A stretch of 64,000 nucleotides of DNA, taken from NCBI GenBank assembly GCA_018304465.1, contig JAGVWC010000012.1, positions 74,019 through 138,018 on the forward strand. Direction: 5' to 3'. The notes beneath the pieces are model-generated. The model was not told the DNA's origin. It saw only the letters and a program-made list of their open reading frames with translations, and searched no databases. Shown here piece by piece: positions 47,246 through 57,919 of the stretch. How positions within the stretch are numbered: position 1 is the first letter of the stretch; each line of letters opens with the position of its first letter. The translations under genes were made by a program, and so were the position numbers. This DNA comes from Candidatus Iainarchaeum sp. GTDB taxonomy: Archaea > Iainarchaeota > Iainarchaeia > Iainarchaeales > JAGVWC01.

Positions 47246-47736
47246 GCATGGAGGAGCGATGGAAAAAAGCGGGCCGTTTTCTGGTGTTTTTTTTCGCGAT
47301 TTTTTTCGGGTTGTCCGCTTTGATTTCGTGGATGGATCTAAGCGCGCTTGAAGGATATCTGGCGGCTTTTTCCGGAGGCGTATTGGGTCTTCCGGTCAGT
47401 GGAAACATCGTGTCCGTGAATGGGTATCCGTTCGCAATCACCAACGAGTGCACGGGGCTCGTGAGTGCCGCGGTGCTTTGCGCGGTGGTGTTTTCGCTTC
47501 GAAAACCGGATTTCAAAACCAAGACCGTTTTGTTTTTGATCGGAGCCCTGGTTCTTTTTTTGCTGAATATTCCGCGGGTCATGCTGGTGTTGTATTCTGC
47601 CCAGATCGCGGGGGCGGAAGCGGCGGAGGTCGTTCATGTCGCCACGTGGTTTTCGACTACGTTGTTGATTTTGGGATTGTGGATTTGGACCACGCGGCTT
47701 GTTGGGAAAATCAGGGATTTTTCGGAACTATTGTAA
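47239..47736 (+). CDS. Archaeosortase/exosortase-family candidate (short ArtE-like form), start overlapping carS
   Basis: ~165 aa polytopic protein with Cys in ITNECTGLVS, Arg in NIPRV and Asn positions reminiscent of the exosortase C/R/N triad. The assignment is tentative. Confidence 0.4.
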   Translation: MVSMEERWKKAGRFLVFFFAIFFGLSALISWMDLSALEGYLAAFSGGVLGLPVSGNIVSVNGYPFAITNECTGLVSAAVLCAVVFSLRKPDFKTKTVLFLIGALVLFLLNIPRVMLVLYSAQIAGAEAAEVVHVATWFSTTLLILGLWIWTTRLVGKIRDFSELL

Positions 47737-47747
47737 AAAAGATTGTT

Positions 47748-49424
47748 TTAGTTCTTTTTTCGCGAAAGCAGGTATTTGGCGATTTCTCCGTACGCGGGTC
47801 GCGTCAAGAGTACTCCGACCAGGACTCCGACCACGGTGGTGATCGCGAATCCCACGAGTTTTCCGAGTCCGACGACTCCAACAAGAATAATCGGTAGCAT
47901 GGTGACCATTGACGTACTGGCCGCGGCGATTACGATGAAAAAAGCGCGTTTGACGCGTTCGGAATCGCTTGCGTGTTCTTCGTCGTCACTTTTCTTTAGG
48001 AGTTCGTCCGTAATCACGATTTGATCGTTGACGCCGGTTCCGATCGCGGCAATGATTCCGGCAACGTACGCCAAGTCGAGTTTCCAGCCGAGTGCCGCGG
48101 CAATTCCAAGCACCAAAAAGGCTTCAAACACCGCCGTGGCCATGATGGGCACGACCAGAATCATATGGCGGTATCGGATAAAAATAATCAAACCGATGAT
48201 GAGTAAGGCTAGCACGCCCATCCAAACGGTATCGTTTAGGAATTCTTGTCCTAACAAGGGAGAGATGGTTTCGCGTGAAATGCTTTCGACCGGAATCGGC
48301 AAGGATCCGGATTCGAGTAACACCGTTAAGCTGTTGAGGTTGGCGAACGCTTCTTCTTCGTTTTGGCCGAATCCCCGGATCACGAGTTGTGAATAAATGG
48401 TGGCGTCTTTTGGATCTTCGACATAGGGTTCTAGGTTCGTGACGTCGGGAGAAAGCGAAATGACTTGCTTGGCGCCGGTGGCATTCCAGATAAACGGAGC
48501 ATTGTTCGCCGCGGCGACTTCGCGTACTTGAAATCCAAGTCCGGCCAGCGTGGCTTTGGAGGCTTCGTCGATTTCTGCGGAAACAACCGCAACGGAACCG
48601 GCAGGCACCCGGTTCAAATCGTTAATGGCGTTTTGGTCTTGGGCGAGACTTGAACCGGTGAACTGGATCACGTCCAATCCCGCGTTTTGCATGAGATCCC
48701 CGATTTCGGTTTGGGCCGGAATATCCAAAGTGACATTTCCGGCGTATAACAAATCGCGGTCGCGCAAGTAATCGTCGGTGGATTCCACGATCACCGCGTT
48801 TTCTGGGCGATCGATGAAAAAGAAGGTTTTTTCACAGTCGTATTGGCGTCCTTGGCTTGCGTCCACGCCGATGATTTCGCATTTGTGGAACGTTTTTTCG
48901 GTGAAACGCTTGGCGGCTTCGGGTTTTAGCATAAACGGCAAGGTCCACTGGGCGCTTGAATCGTTTTGCCGGTTGACTCCGAATCCTTGCGCGGGATCTC
49001 GGGTAATCTGCACGAAATCGGAGCCCGTAAACAATACTTCGCCGTTTAAGGTGGCTTCGAATTTTCCTTGTTTTAACAAAAGCGATTCGAGTTTTTCAAC
49101 GACGGCCGGATCGTTTTCCCCGATGTCGATGAGCAGTAAGTCGTTTCCGATGCTGGTCACGGTGGTGTCGCTTAATCCCGTCCAGTCCATTCGCTGTCCG
49201 ATGATGGAGACGATCTGGTTCATTTGTTCGGGACCGCTCGTGGCTTTGGCGAGCTTGACCTGGAACGAAGTTCCGCCTTTGAAATCGATTCCGTATTGAA
49301 GACCGTTTAACGCGATGAAAAACGTGGCGATGAGCAGGCTCGCGATCAGGATCAGTACGCGCCAGTTGGTCCAAACCGAGTTCATGCCGCCACCTTTTTG
49401 CGTTTCTTTGTTTCGGAATACCAA
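47748..49424 (-). CDS. secD: Protein-export membrane protein SecD
   Basis: Large periplasmic domain plus C-terminal 6-TM SecD/SecF domain. Downstream of secF. Confidence 0.85.
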   Translation of the reverse strand: MVFRNKETQKGGGMNSVWTNWRVLILIASLLIATFFIALNGLQYGIDFKGGTSFQVKLAKATSGPEQMNQIVSIIGQRMDWTGLSDTTVTSIGNDLLLIDIGENDPAVVEKLESLLLKQGKFEATLNGEVLFTGSDFVQITRDPAQGFGVNRQNDSSAQWTLPFMLKPEAAKRFTEKTFHKCEIIGVDASQGRQYDCEKTFFFIDRPENAVIVESTDDYLRDRDLLYAGNVTLDIPAQTEIGDLMQNAGLDVIQFTGSSLAQDQNAINDLNRVPAGSVAVVSAEIDEASKATLAGLGFQVREVAAANNAPFIWNATGAKQVISLSPDVTNLEPYVEDPKDATIYSQLVIRGFGQNEEEAFANLNSLTVLLESGSLPIPVESISRETISPLLGQEFLNDTVWMGVLALLIIGLIIFIRYRHMILVVPIMATAVFEAFLVLGIAAALGWKLDLAYVAGIIAAIGTGVNDQIVITDELLKKSDDEEHASDSERVKRAFFIVIAAASTSMVTMLPIILVGVVGLGKLVGFAITTVVGVLVGVLLTRPAYGEIAKYLLSRKKN

Positions 49425-50521
49425 AGAACCATCGGAGCGCTAAACAGCCAGGTGACAATAATGTCCCCCACCAGTCCGCCAAACAGGACTGCACCGATTT
49501 CGTAGACCACGGATATTCCCGTGAAAAAAGACAATCCCAACATGACCGAAACCGCGGCCAGCGCCGTTAGTGTCATGGTCATTCCGGTTCCAAACGAATC
49601 CATGGCATGATCCAAATCATCGCCGCGTTTCTTTTTGAGGATCCGGGTTGAAAGCAAGATTTCTCCGTCGATCGAATATCCGATGAGCATGAGCAGCGCC
49701 GGAATCGTGGCCAGTGATAACGGAATTTGCAGCAAGGCCATGAAAGCCAATCCGGCCAAAATGTCAAAGACGGCAGCGAATACGATTCCAAGCGTCGGAA
49801 CAAGTTCACGGAAAAAAAAGTAGATCACGATCAGAATCCCAACGACTCCAAGAAACGTGACGTAAAGCGCGTTGTTCCAAAACACTTGGCCTAACGCGGC
49901 GCCGATTTGTCGTTTCTGGATCCGGGCGTTCGCGGGATCGATGTTCAAAAAAGAAAAGATGCTGTCCTGAAGGTTTTTGCTTAAGGTTTCGTCCGCGCGA
50001 ATCAAGGTGTTCTGGGCTTCGGTAACGGCTGGTCCAGGTTCCATTCCGGACAGATCGGGAACCGATGAAAGGTATTTTGTCGTGTGCGAAACCGCGAGTT
50101 GCGCGTCGATTTTGGCTTGAACCGGATTGGCTGCGAGTTCCTGATTGGCGCGCAATAATGCGACGCGGGCTTCGCCTAACGCGGCCGAATCCGCGTATTG
50201 GACGCGTACGCCGAAACTGGTGGTCGTGATTTTCAAATCCAATAAATCGAATTGGTTTTCAAGATGGCTTTCAAGTCCGGGCCCGTCAACAGGAGACTCG
50301 GTTTGGATCATTAATAGGGTGCCGCCTTTGATGTCCAATCCTTGGGTTAAACCCGGTGAAACAAAAGCGAGGTAAACCAGAACAAACGTGAGAATAAACG
50401 GAATTACGAGCAATAGCTTGTAATTTCCGGCGTAAAGATTAAATCCCATATCAAAAACCAGAGGGTTGGTTAACTCAAGCAATTCTATAAGGAATTCTTT
50501 AAAAACCTGTTCAAAACCCAA
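49382..50521 (-). CDS. secF: Protein-export membrane protein SecF
   Basis: SecF-type periplasmic domain and 6 TM. Overlaps the secD start. Confidence 0.85.
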   Translation of the reverse strand: MGFEQVFKEFLIELLELTNPLVFDMGFNLYAGNYKLLLVIPFILTFVLVYLAFVSPGLTQGLDIKGGTLLMIQTESPVDGPGLESHLENQFDLLDLKITTTSFGVRVQYADSAALGEARVALLRANQELAANPVQAKIDAQLAVSHTTKYLSSVPDLSGMEPGPAVTEAQNTLIRADETLSKNLQDSIFSFLNIDPANARIQKRQIGAALGQVFWNNALYVTFLGVVGILIVIYFFFRELVPTLGIVFAAVFDILAGLAFMALLQIPLSLATIPALLMLIGYSIDGEILLSTRILKKKRGDDLDHAMDSFGTGMTMTLTALAAVSVMLGLSFFTGISVVYEIGAVLFGGLVGDIIVTWLFSAPMVLWYSETKKRKKVAA

Positions 50522-50561
50522 GGGATAGGGCCTTTAATAATCGCCGTAGCCTTGATTAGAT

Positions 50562-51551
50562 ATGCGATTTAAAATTCCTTATATTCAGACCAACCAGGAA
50601 ATGCTGAACCTGGCGTTTAAACATGGGCGGCAAGCGGAACCTCAGATGGCCAAAAGAGTGCGCAAAAAAGAACGCTGGTCCAAAGAAATCGAGCGGTCCA
50701 AACTGGAAAGCATCGCCGACGAATTGGACGAAAAACTCTCCAAAGTCGTCAAGTCGTTTCCGTCGTTTGACCAGATGCCGTTTTTTTATCAGGACTTGAT
50801 GGACGCCACGATTAACCTGGATTTGACCAAACAACGCTTGGGAAACCTAAAGCGCACCGCCAAAGTCGTTCAGAAATTGCGGCGCGAGTATTTGGGAAAA
50901 ATTTTTCGGTCGCGAACCGACCGCCAGATCAAGGACTTGTCGCGATCGTTTTACGGCCGCGTATCCAGCGTGATGAAAAAAATCGGTCCGGACTTGTTGG
51001 AACTTGAAAAAAACCGCAAAGAACTCGAGCGTTTGCCGGATTTGCGAATGGATTGTTTCACGGTGTTGCTTGCGGGTTTTCCAAACGTGGGAAAAACAAC
51101 CGTGTTGTCGCGCTTGACGGGCTCGACTCCGAAAATCGCGGCGTATCCGTTCACCACGAAAGGATTGCGATTGGGTTTTTTTAACGAGAAATATTTCGAT
51201 TTCCAAGTGATTGACACGCCTGGTTTATTGGATCGTTCCAAGCGAAATCCGATCGAGGAAAAAGCCGTGGCGGCGCTGCGTCGACTGGATTGCTTGGTGG
51301 TGTTCGTTGCGGATCCGTCGCTTGCCAGCGGTTTTTCGTTGGAACAGCAAGCGTCTCTTTTTTCGAATCTTAAAAAAGGGTTTTCGGACCGCAAATTTTT
51401 GGTGGTGTTAAACAAAGCGGATTTGTCTTCGCCCGAACAATTGGAGCAGGCGAAAACCGCGTTTCCGGACGCGATTATAAGTGATTCGCAAAAAGAAGAA
51501 GAACTCAAGAAAAAAATCGTGGATTTGCTGGTGAATTCGCGCAGAAACTAA
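50562..51551 (+). CDS. NOG1-family GTPase (NOG1 N-domain plus G domain)
   Basis: FKIPYIQTNQEMLNLAF N-domain. G-domain GFPNVGKTT, DTPGLLDR, LNKAD. Confidence 0.75.
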   Translation: MRFKIPYIQTNQEMLNLAFKHGRQAEPQMAKRVRKKERWSKEIERSKLESIADELDEKLSKVVKSFPSFDQMPFFYQDLMDATINLDLTKQRLGNLKRTAKVVQKLRREYLGKIFRSRTDRQIKDLSRSFYGRVSSVMKKIGPDLLELEKNRKELERLPDLRMDCFTVLLAGFPNVGKTTVLSRLTGSTPKIAAYPFTTKGLRLGFFNEKYFDFQVIDTPGLLDRSKRNPIEEKAVAALRRLDCLVVFVADPSLASGFSLEQQASLFSNLKKGFSDRKFLVVLNKADLSSPEQLEQAKTAFPDAIISDSQKEEELKKKIVDLLVNSRRN

Positions 51552-51664
51552 CGGAAAGAAGGTTTTTGGCCGGTTTTTGGCCCGTGACGTTTTTAATTCC
51601 TTTTGCGGTAAGTATTTTCATTCCAAAAGTGGATGTTAATTGACTTTTCCGCATTTTGGACTAA

Positions 51665-51958
51665 TTGGATGGGATGCGTTTGAAGGCGGATGTAAAAAAG
51701 GATATCGCCGAGGTAAAAACGCTCATGGAAGGAATCGTCGGGGATTCCACGGTTCCGCGAAACATTCGTTCGGTGTTGTCGGACGCGATTCATAAAATTT
51801 CATCGCAAGCCGAATCGGACGAAATCGGAGTCGCCATCGGAACCGCGATTTACCTGATGGAAGACATTTCAAGCGACATTAACATGCCGTCGCACACGCG
51901 GACCGAAATCTGGACCATCATCAGCCAACTCGAATCCATCAAGGAAAAGCTCAAGTGA
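51665..51958 (+). CDS. UPF0147-family small archaeal protein
   Basis: VPRNIRSVLSDAI...NMPSHTRTEIWTIISQLE pattern typical of UPF0147. Confidence 0.5.
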   Translation: MDGMRLKADVKKDIAEVKTLMEGIVGDSTVPRNIRSVLSDAIHKISSQAESDEIGVAIGTAIYLMEDISSDINMPSHTRTEIWTIISQLESIKEKLK

Positions 51959-51994
51959 CATTCTTTTGGTAAAAACCAAACAGAGTGCCAAACA

Positions 51995-53530
51995 ATGACA
52001 GAAACGGTTATTCAAACCCAGGAAGAAAAGCGAAAAGCGCTGTTGGCTTACGGCAACGACCGCAACCTGATTATTGCTTCGCAGGCCCTCGAGTTGCTGG
52101 AAACGGTTTCGATTCCGGACGCCGTCAAGATTATGGAAGAGCTGTCCGAAAAAGGACTTTTTATCGTTAATCCGTCTGATATCGAATCCAAATTGCTGCG
52201 CACCAAGCTTTCTTCGACGACGGATACCGTCGTGGTCAACAAAACGCGTTTTTCACCCAAAGCCAGGGAATACCCGTCCAATTACCGCGAAATGAAACAT
52301 TTGAATTATTCTTCGGATTCCTTGTGCGAAGGAACCTTGATGGATTTCGTGCACGTGTTCCAGCAAAAATTCGAAACCTTGTCCGGCGTGCTTCGGTTAC
52401 GCCAGGGGTTTTCTCCAAAATCGATCGGTTTTGTTACCTCGAACGCCGCGACGCGCGAAGTTGAGTTCATCGGAATGGTGTTGGAAAAATGGGTGACCAA
52501 AAACGGTCATCTGGCGTTTCGGTTCGAAGACCTGGAAAACGATTGCATTGCCTTGGTGTTAAAAGGCGACGACCAGTTGCTTTCGATCGCCAACAAGATT
52601 TTGCCGGACGAAGTCTTGGGCGTGAAAGGAAAAAAAGGAAAAGGGGGGTTGGTCATCATCACGGAGCTGATGCAACCGGACCTGCCGCTGCGCAGCCCCA
52701 AATTGATTTCGGATCCGTTAAGCGTCGCGATTATTTCGGATTTGCACGTCGGAAGCAAGTTGTTTTTGGAAAAAGAACTGAACCGGTTTTTCGATTTTTT
52801 GAAAGGAAAAGACCTGGACGCGTCTGACGCCCAAGTCGCGGGCCGCATCAAATACCTCGTGATCGCGGGCGACACCGTGGACGGCATCGGAGTGTATCCG
52901 GGTCAAATCACCAAATTGTTGATCAAGGATCTGTACGCCCAATACGCGGCGCTCGAGGATATTTTACTGCAGATTCCCGAGTACATCGAAGTCTTTTTGA
53001 TTCCGGGCCAGCACGACGCCGTGCGATGGGCGGATCCCCAGCCCCCGGTGTCCAAGCAATACATGCCGCGTTTGCATCAATTGAAGAATTTTCATTTTTT
53101 GCCGTCCCCAGGATGGGTGGAAATCGAAGGACTGAAAACCCTACTGTATCACGGCGCGTCTTTGCACGAAATGTACAATTTTAACCAGTCCTTGACCATG
53201 ACCAAACCCGAACTCGCGATGATCGAAGTGCTTAAACGCCGGAGTTTTCTCATGAACTTCGGGGACAAGCAGCCGTACGCGCCAGAAAAAAAAGATTTTT
53301 TGGTGATTGCCGAAGAACCTGATTTGTATTTTGGCGGGGATATGCACCACATCGGATACGACACGTATCGCGGCTGTACCGTGGTCAATTCCGCGTGTTT
53401 TCAGGAGCGAACCGAATACGAAGTCAAATTAGGTCACGTGCCGACGCCGGGAATCGTTCCGATCGTGGAACTGGATACGCGTACGATTCGAACGCGAAAT
53501 TTCATGGATGGCGAGGCGGTTTTGACATGA
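51995..53530 (+). CDS. polB: DNA polymerase II (PolD) small subunit DP1, calcineurin-like phosphoesterase
   Basis: VAIISDLHVGS, VIAGDTVDG, GQHD, GDMHH metallophosphatase motifs. Stop overlaps the DP2 start (ATGA). Confidence 0.85.
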   Translation: MTETVIQTQEEKRKALLAYGNDRNLIIASQALELLETVSIPDAVKIMEELSEKGLFIVNPSDIESKLLRTKLSSTTDTVVVNKTRFSPKAREYPSNYREMKHLNYSSDSLCEGTLMDFVHVFQQKFETLSGVLRLRQGFSPKSIGFVTSNAATREVEFIGMVLEKWVTKNGHLAFRFEDLENDCIALVLKGDDQLLSIANKILPDEVLGVKGKKGKGGLVIITELMQPDLPLRSPKLISDPLSVAIISDLHVGSKLFLEKELNRFFDFLKGKDLDASDAQVAGRIKYLVIAGDTVDGIGVYPGQITKLLIKDLYAQYAALEDILLQIPEYIEVFLIPGQHDAVRWADPQPPVSKQYMPRLHQLKNFHFLPSPGWVEIEGLKTLLYHGASLHEMYNFNQSLTMTKPELAMIEVLKRRSFLMNFGDKQPYAPEKKDFLVIAEEPDLYFGGDMHHIGYDTYRGCTVVNSACFQERTEYEVKLGHVPTPGIVPIVELDTRTIRTRNFMDGEAVLT

Positions 53531-56500
53531 CGGAAATCGAAAAACCGCACAAAGTGGAGATCATCGCCGAACCGCATGTCAAACACTATTACGAGTTGCT
53601 CATGGCCAAAGCCAACAAGCAAGTGGAATTGGCCAAAAAAGCGCGGCAAAAAGGATTCGACATCGTCGCGGACATTGAAACCCATCCGGCATTGGACTTG
53701 GCGGACCGGTGCGAAAGCATCATCGGACCTCCCGGAATCGCGAAGCGGTACCGCGAATTATTCGCCGAAAAAAAAGAGCGGGTATCCGTTATTTTTCAGT
53801 TGTTTGAGGAAATCATCAACCAGAAATGGATTTCGATTCCCGACGAACAAAAACGCCTCGATCAGGCGATCCGGACCGGATTGGTGCTGATCACCGAAGG
53901 CGTGGTGGTCGCGCCGCTGGATGGTGTTCCGAAGATTTTGATTTCGACCAATCCGGACGGAAGCCGGTTTGTCGATATTTATTTTGCGGGACCCATTCGG
54001 GCCGCGGGCGGAACCGCCACCGTGTTTCCCTTGATTTTGGGGGATTACGCGCGAAAATTAATGGGGCTTGGAACCTATATTCCCACCGAAGACGAAATTG
54101 AACGTTACGTGGAAGAAACTGGGATTTACGACGAAATCGTTTCGCGCCAATACAAATTAAAACCCGATGAAGTGCGCAAAATCATTTCGCATTGTCCGGT
54201 GTGCATTAACGGCGAACCCACGGAAGAACGCGAGGTATCCGTGCACCGCGACATGGCCCGCATTCCCACCAACCGGATTCGCGGCGGCGCGTGCCTCGTG
54301 ATTTCGGAAGGAATCGCGTTAAAAGCCATGAAAATCCTATCGTTTGCAAAACAAGTGGGATTGGATTGGTCGTGGCTTGAAGAAATCATCAAAATCGAAA
54401 AAAAATCCGACACCGAAATCACCGTCAAGCCCAATTTCAAGTTTTTGGAGCGGCTTGCCGCGGGACGACCGATTTTTTGTTATCCGTCGCGCATGGGCGG
54501 GTTTCGGTTGCGGTACGGCCGGTCGCGAAACTCGGCGGCCATGGGAAAAGCAATTCATCCGGCGACCATGATCGCAACCGATGATTTTATCGCAGTTGGA
54601 ACCCAGCTAAAAATCGAACGACCGGGAAAAGCCGCGGGAATTTTTCCGTGCGACTCGATCGAAGGACCGATCGTGCGGTTGTTTTCCGGTGAAGTCCGCC
54701 AGTTGCATTCGATTGAAGAGGCGAAACGTTTCAAACCCCAGATCGACCGCATCTTGTTTTTGGGAGACATGTTGGTCACGGTCGGGGATTTTCGAAAAAG
54801 CGGTCATCCGTTGCTTCCTGTCGGGTACTGCGAAGAATGGTGGGCGTTGTCCGTCAAAAAAGCGTTGTCGGAAGGAACAAAAACCAGTGTGGACATCGAA
54901 AAAATCCTGAAGGATCCGAGAACGGTTTCGCTTGTGGATGCGCTTGCGATTTCAAAAGATCTGGAGGTTCCCCTGCATTCGAGATTCTTGCCGTATTTTA
55001 CCGCGTTGGAAAAACCCGGTTTGAAAGCCGTGATCGATTTGGCGGCAAGTTTGAAAAAAGAATCGATTGAAAACGAAATCGTGTGGAAAAGCGAAAACGT
55101 AGTGGCGGCCAAAGCGGCGCTTGAAAAAATCGGTTGTTCGCATCGGTTGGATTTGGAGAAAAAAACGATTATTTTTGACGAAGAAACCGGTTTGGCGTTG
55201 CGTTTGATGCTTGGAGTTGAACAACAAAAAACCCTTTCCGAAAAAGACTGGGAAGAAAAAAGCGTGCTGGAGATCGTTAACGCGCTTTCTCCGGTGGTCG
55301 TCAAGGACAAAGCGGGATCGTTTATCGGCGCCCGTATGGGTCGGCCCGAAGCCGCGAGACCGAGAAAAATGATCGGAAACCCGAGTATTTTGTTCCCCAT
55401 CGGGTATGCCGGCGGACCCATGCGTTCGATCAACAAGGCGGCGATTGCCAATGAAAAAACAACCAGCGACAACACCATCGAAGTCGAAGTGATTTTGTTC
55501 AAGTGCGATGCGTGCCAGGAAATAAAAGAATACGCGTATTGTTTTGATTGTAACCGAAAAACAAGACCGATGTTTTCCTGCAAAGAATGCAACGTCCTGA
55601 ATTTCACGTCCAAATGTTACAAGTGCAACCAGCCCACACAGCGGTTTAGCAAGCGAAAGTTGGATGTACAAAAAATGCTGCAAAGCGCGTCGAAAAATCT
55701 CGGAATCAAGATTCCGGATTTGGTGAAAGGCGTTCGGGGCATGTCCAACGAACATAAAACCATTGAACCGCTGGAAAAAGGATTGTTGCGCGGCAAGTAC
55801 GACTTGCATGTCTTTCGCGACGCCACGATCCGATATGAAATGTTAAACGCGCCTTTGACGCATTTCAAGCCGTGCGAACTGGGAACCCCCGTGGCCAAAT
55901 TACGCGAAATGGGGTATCTCAAAGACAAGGACGGAGCGCCGCTTGAGCATGACGACCAGATGCTGGAATTGTTTCCGCAAGACGTCGTGATTAACGACGA
56001 ATCGGGAGATTTTTTCGTGAAAGTCACCCAGTTTATCGACGAACTGTTGCTTCGGTTTTATCGCGTGGAAGAAATGTATAAAATCAAAACCAAGGAAGAA
56101 CTGGTCGGCGAACTCGTGCTTGGACTTGCACCGCACACGTCCGCCGCCGTAGTGGGGCGCATTGTAGGATATTCGAAAGCCAAAGTGGGCTTTGCGCACC
56201 CGTACTTTCATTTGGCCAAGCGGCGAAACATCGACGGGGACCAGGATTCGTTTTTGCTGCTCATGGACGCGTTGTTGAATTTTTCGAACGAATATTTGCC
56301 GACGCATCGCGGCGGCCGGATGGACGCGCCATTGGTGTTCACGGTCGCCTTGGCGCCGAATGAAATTGACGACGAAGCCTATGAAATGGAAACCGTGACC
56401 GAGTATCCGCTTGAATTATACGAAAAAACCCAAAAGCCCATTGTTCCGGAAAGCATTTCGATCGAACGCGTCAAAAACAGGTTGGGAAAAGTCCGGCAGT

Positions 56501-56976
56501 ATTCGGATCTTTGGTATACGCATGAAACCAGCGTGTTTGACGCGGGACCGGTTCGCTCCAAGTATGTGACGATGCTTTCCATGGCGGACAAAATCAAAAC
56601 CCAGGCAAAACTGCAGGCCAAAATCGAGGCATTGGATTTTAAGGATTCTTTGGAAATCGTGATGATGTCGCATTTCTTGCCGGATTTGATCGGAAACACG
56701 CGTTCGTTCGCGCGTCAGTCGGTTCGGTGCACCAAATGCAATTCGAAATACCGGCGTGTTCCGCTTCGCGGCAAATGCACCAAGTGCGTGGGAAACCTGA
56801 TTTTGACGATCAACGAAGGCGGCGTCAAGAAATACCTTGAGATCGCCAAAGAAATGATTTCGACGTATGATTTGTCGGATTTTTTGAAACAGCGGATTCT
56901 ACTTGTGGAAGAAGAAATCCATTCCGTGTTCAAGCCGGAAAAGACCAAGCAAAAAGCCTTGTTTGAGTTTGCTTGA
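53527..56976 (+). CDS. polC: DNA polymerase II (PolD) large subunit DP2, no intein. The ORF track start 53395 is in frame, but the start is placed at the ATG at 53527.
   Basis: 1150 aa. Cys clusters (CDACQEIKEYAYCFDCN, CKECNV...CYKCN, CTKCNSKYRRVPLRGKCTKCVGN). Adjacent to DP1. Confidence 0.9.
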   Translation: MTEIEKPHKVEIIAEPHVKHYYELLMAKANKQVELAKKARQKGFDIVADIETHPALDLADRCESIIGPPGIAKRYRELFAEKKERVSVIFQLFEEIINQKWISIPDEQKRLDQAIRTGLVLITEGVVVAPLDGVPKILISTNPDGSRFVDIYFAGPIRAAGGTATVFPLILGDYARKLMGLGTYIPTEDEIERYVEETGIYDEIVSRQYKLKPDEVRKIISHCPVCINGEPTEEREVSVHRDMARIPTNRIRGGACLVISEGIALKAMKILSFAKQVGLDWSWLEEIIKIEKKSDTEITVKPNFKFLERLAAGRPIFCYPSRMGGFRLRYGRSRNSAAMGKAIHPATMIATDDFIAVGTQLKIERPGKAAGIFPCDSIEGPIVRLFSGEVRQLHSIEEAKRFKPQIDRILFLGDMLVTVGDFRKSGHPLLPVGYCEEWWALSVKKALSEGTKTSVDIEKILKDPRTVSLVDALAISKDLEVPLHSRFLPYFTALEKPGLKAVIDLAASLKKESIENEIVWKSENVVAAKAALEKIGCSHRLDLEKKTIIFDEETGLALRLMLGVEQQKTLSEKDWEEKSVLEIVNALSPVVVKDKAGSFIGARMGRPEAARPRKMIGNPSILFPIGYAGGPMRSINKAAIANEKTTSDNTIEVEVILFKCDACQEIKEYAYCFDCNRKTRPMFSCKECNVLNFTSKCYKCNQPTQRFSKRKLDVQKMLQSASKNLGIKIPDLVKGVRGMSNEHKTIEPLEKGLLRGKYDLHVFRDATIRYEMLNAPLTHFKPCELGTPVAKLREMGYLKDKDGAPLEHDDQMLELFPQDVVINDESGDFFVKVTQFIDELLLRFYRVEEMYKIKTKEELVGELVLGLAPHTSAAVVGRIVGYSKAKVGFAHPYFHLAKRRNIDGDQDSFLLLMDALLNFSNEYLPTHRGGRMDAPLVFTVALAPNEIDDEAYEMETVTEYPLELYEKTQKPIVPESISIERVKNRLGKVRQYSDLWYTHETSVFDAGPVRSKYVTMLSMADKIKTQAKLQAKIEALDFKDSLEIVMMSHFLPDLIGNTRSFARQSVRCTKCNSKYRRVPLRGKCTKCVGNLILTINEGGVKKYLEIAKEMISTYDLSDFLKQRILLVEEEIHSVFKPEKTKQKALFEFA

Positions 56977-57049
56977 AAAATTTTGGGGATCCCAGTCCAA
57001 TCGCGAAGTGGGTTCCACGGATTTTCGGATCAGAAAAAACTTCGAACGG

Positions 57050-57835
57050 TTATTTCCACCAGTGGTAAACAAAATCGTTTAGGATAATCAGGAGAACGAC
57101 CAATGTCAGGACAGCGTACTGGAACGATCGGTTGGTCCAGAAATTCTTTTTGATGTATTCAGTGACCGGATTGGTCCAGAGAAAAATCGCGATGGTTTTC
57201 GCGAGATCGATCAGGTATCCGATCCATTTGGCGGGTTCGCGCAAGTCAAAGAAAGTTTCTTTGGCGATTTCGGAAGCGGTTTTTCCCTTATAGGGCACTT
57301 GGTCTTCGGACAAAACGTTTCCTTCCACGGCGTCGATTTCGAAATCCATTTCGTTTTCTTCGAATACCGCGGATGCGATCCACACGGGAAGATACATCAT
57401 TCGAACGCCGGAAATCACCACGTCGTCTTTTTGGAGTCCGAGTTTGGCGGCCATTTTGAGTTGGGCGAGTTTTTGGACTTCGTCTTCGCGAAAATGAGAT
57501 CGTTCCACTTTGAATTGTTCTTGGGTCGGTTTGACCACCAGTTGGTCGGAATAATGGTCGTATAATTGGGGAACGTTGTCGTCTAAGTCACCGGAAATGG
57601 CATCGAGTGCCGCGGTTCCGCGTTCGCCTTCTTCGGTGGATTTTTCCCCGGTTTCGGGATCCGTGGGTTCGATAAAAGAATCAAAATGAAAAAACCAATA
57701 GGGCAAAAATACAAGGGACGGGGACTTGACCACGGGATCTTTCCAGCGGTTTTCCTCGATCAAGCCCGTGACTTGAACAATGATGTCTTCGGCCGAAATT
57801 AAGACCGGAAAACTGGGTTTTCCAAGACGCGACAT
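57050..57835 (-). CDS. Hypothetical protein with C-terminal TM helix
   Basis: ORF only. Acidic soluble domain plus LTLVVLLIILNDFVY anchor. Confidence 0.3.
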   Translation of the reverse strand: MSRLGKPSFPVLISAEDIIVQVTGLIEENRWKDPVVKSPSLVFLPYWFFHFDSFIEPTDPETGEKSTEEGERGTAALDAISGDLDDNVPQLYDHYSDQLVVKPTQEQFKVERSHFREDEVQKLAQLKMAAKLGLQKDDVVISGVRMMYLPVWIASAVFEENEMDFEIDAVEGNVLSEDQVPYKGKTASEIAKETFFDLREPAKWIGYLIDLAKTIAIFLWTNPVTEYIKKNFWTNRSFQYAVLTLVVLLIILNDFVYHWWK

Positions 57836-57919
57836 AAGAGGAACGTGAATTACAGTGGGGAAAACAGGAATAAATAGGTTTCGTGGAGAAAAAAAGATTA
57901 AAGAAAGGGCCTAAAAAAT

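Noticed and set aside
54804-55809. Two long minus-strand ORFs (269 and 285 aa) inside the PolD large-subunit gene
   Set aside because: Both are antisense to a 1150-aa conserved gene. No family resemblance.
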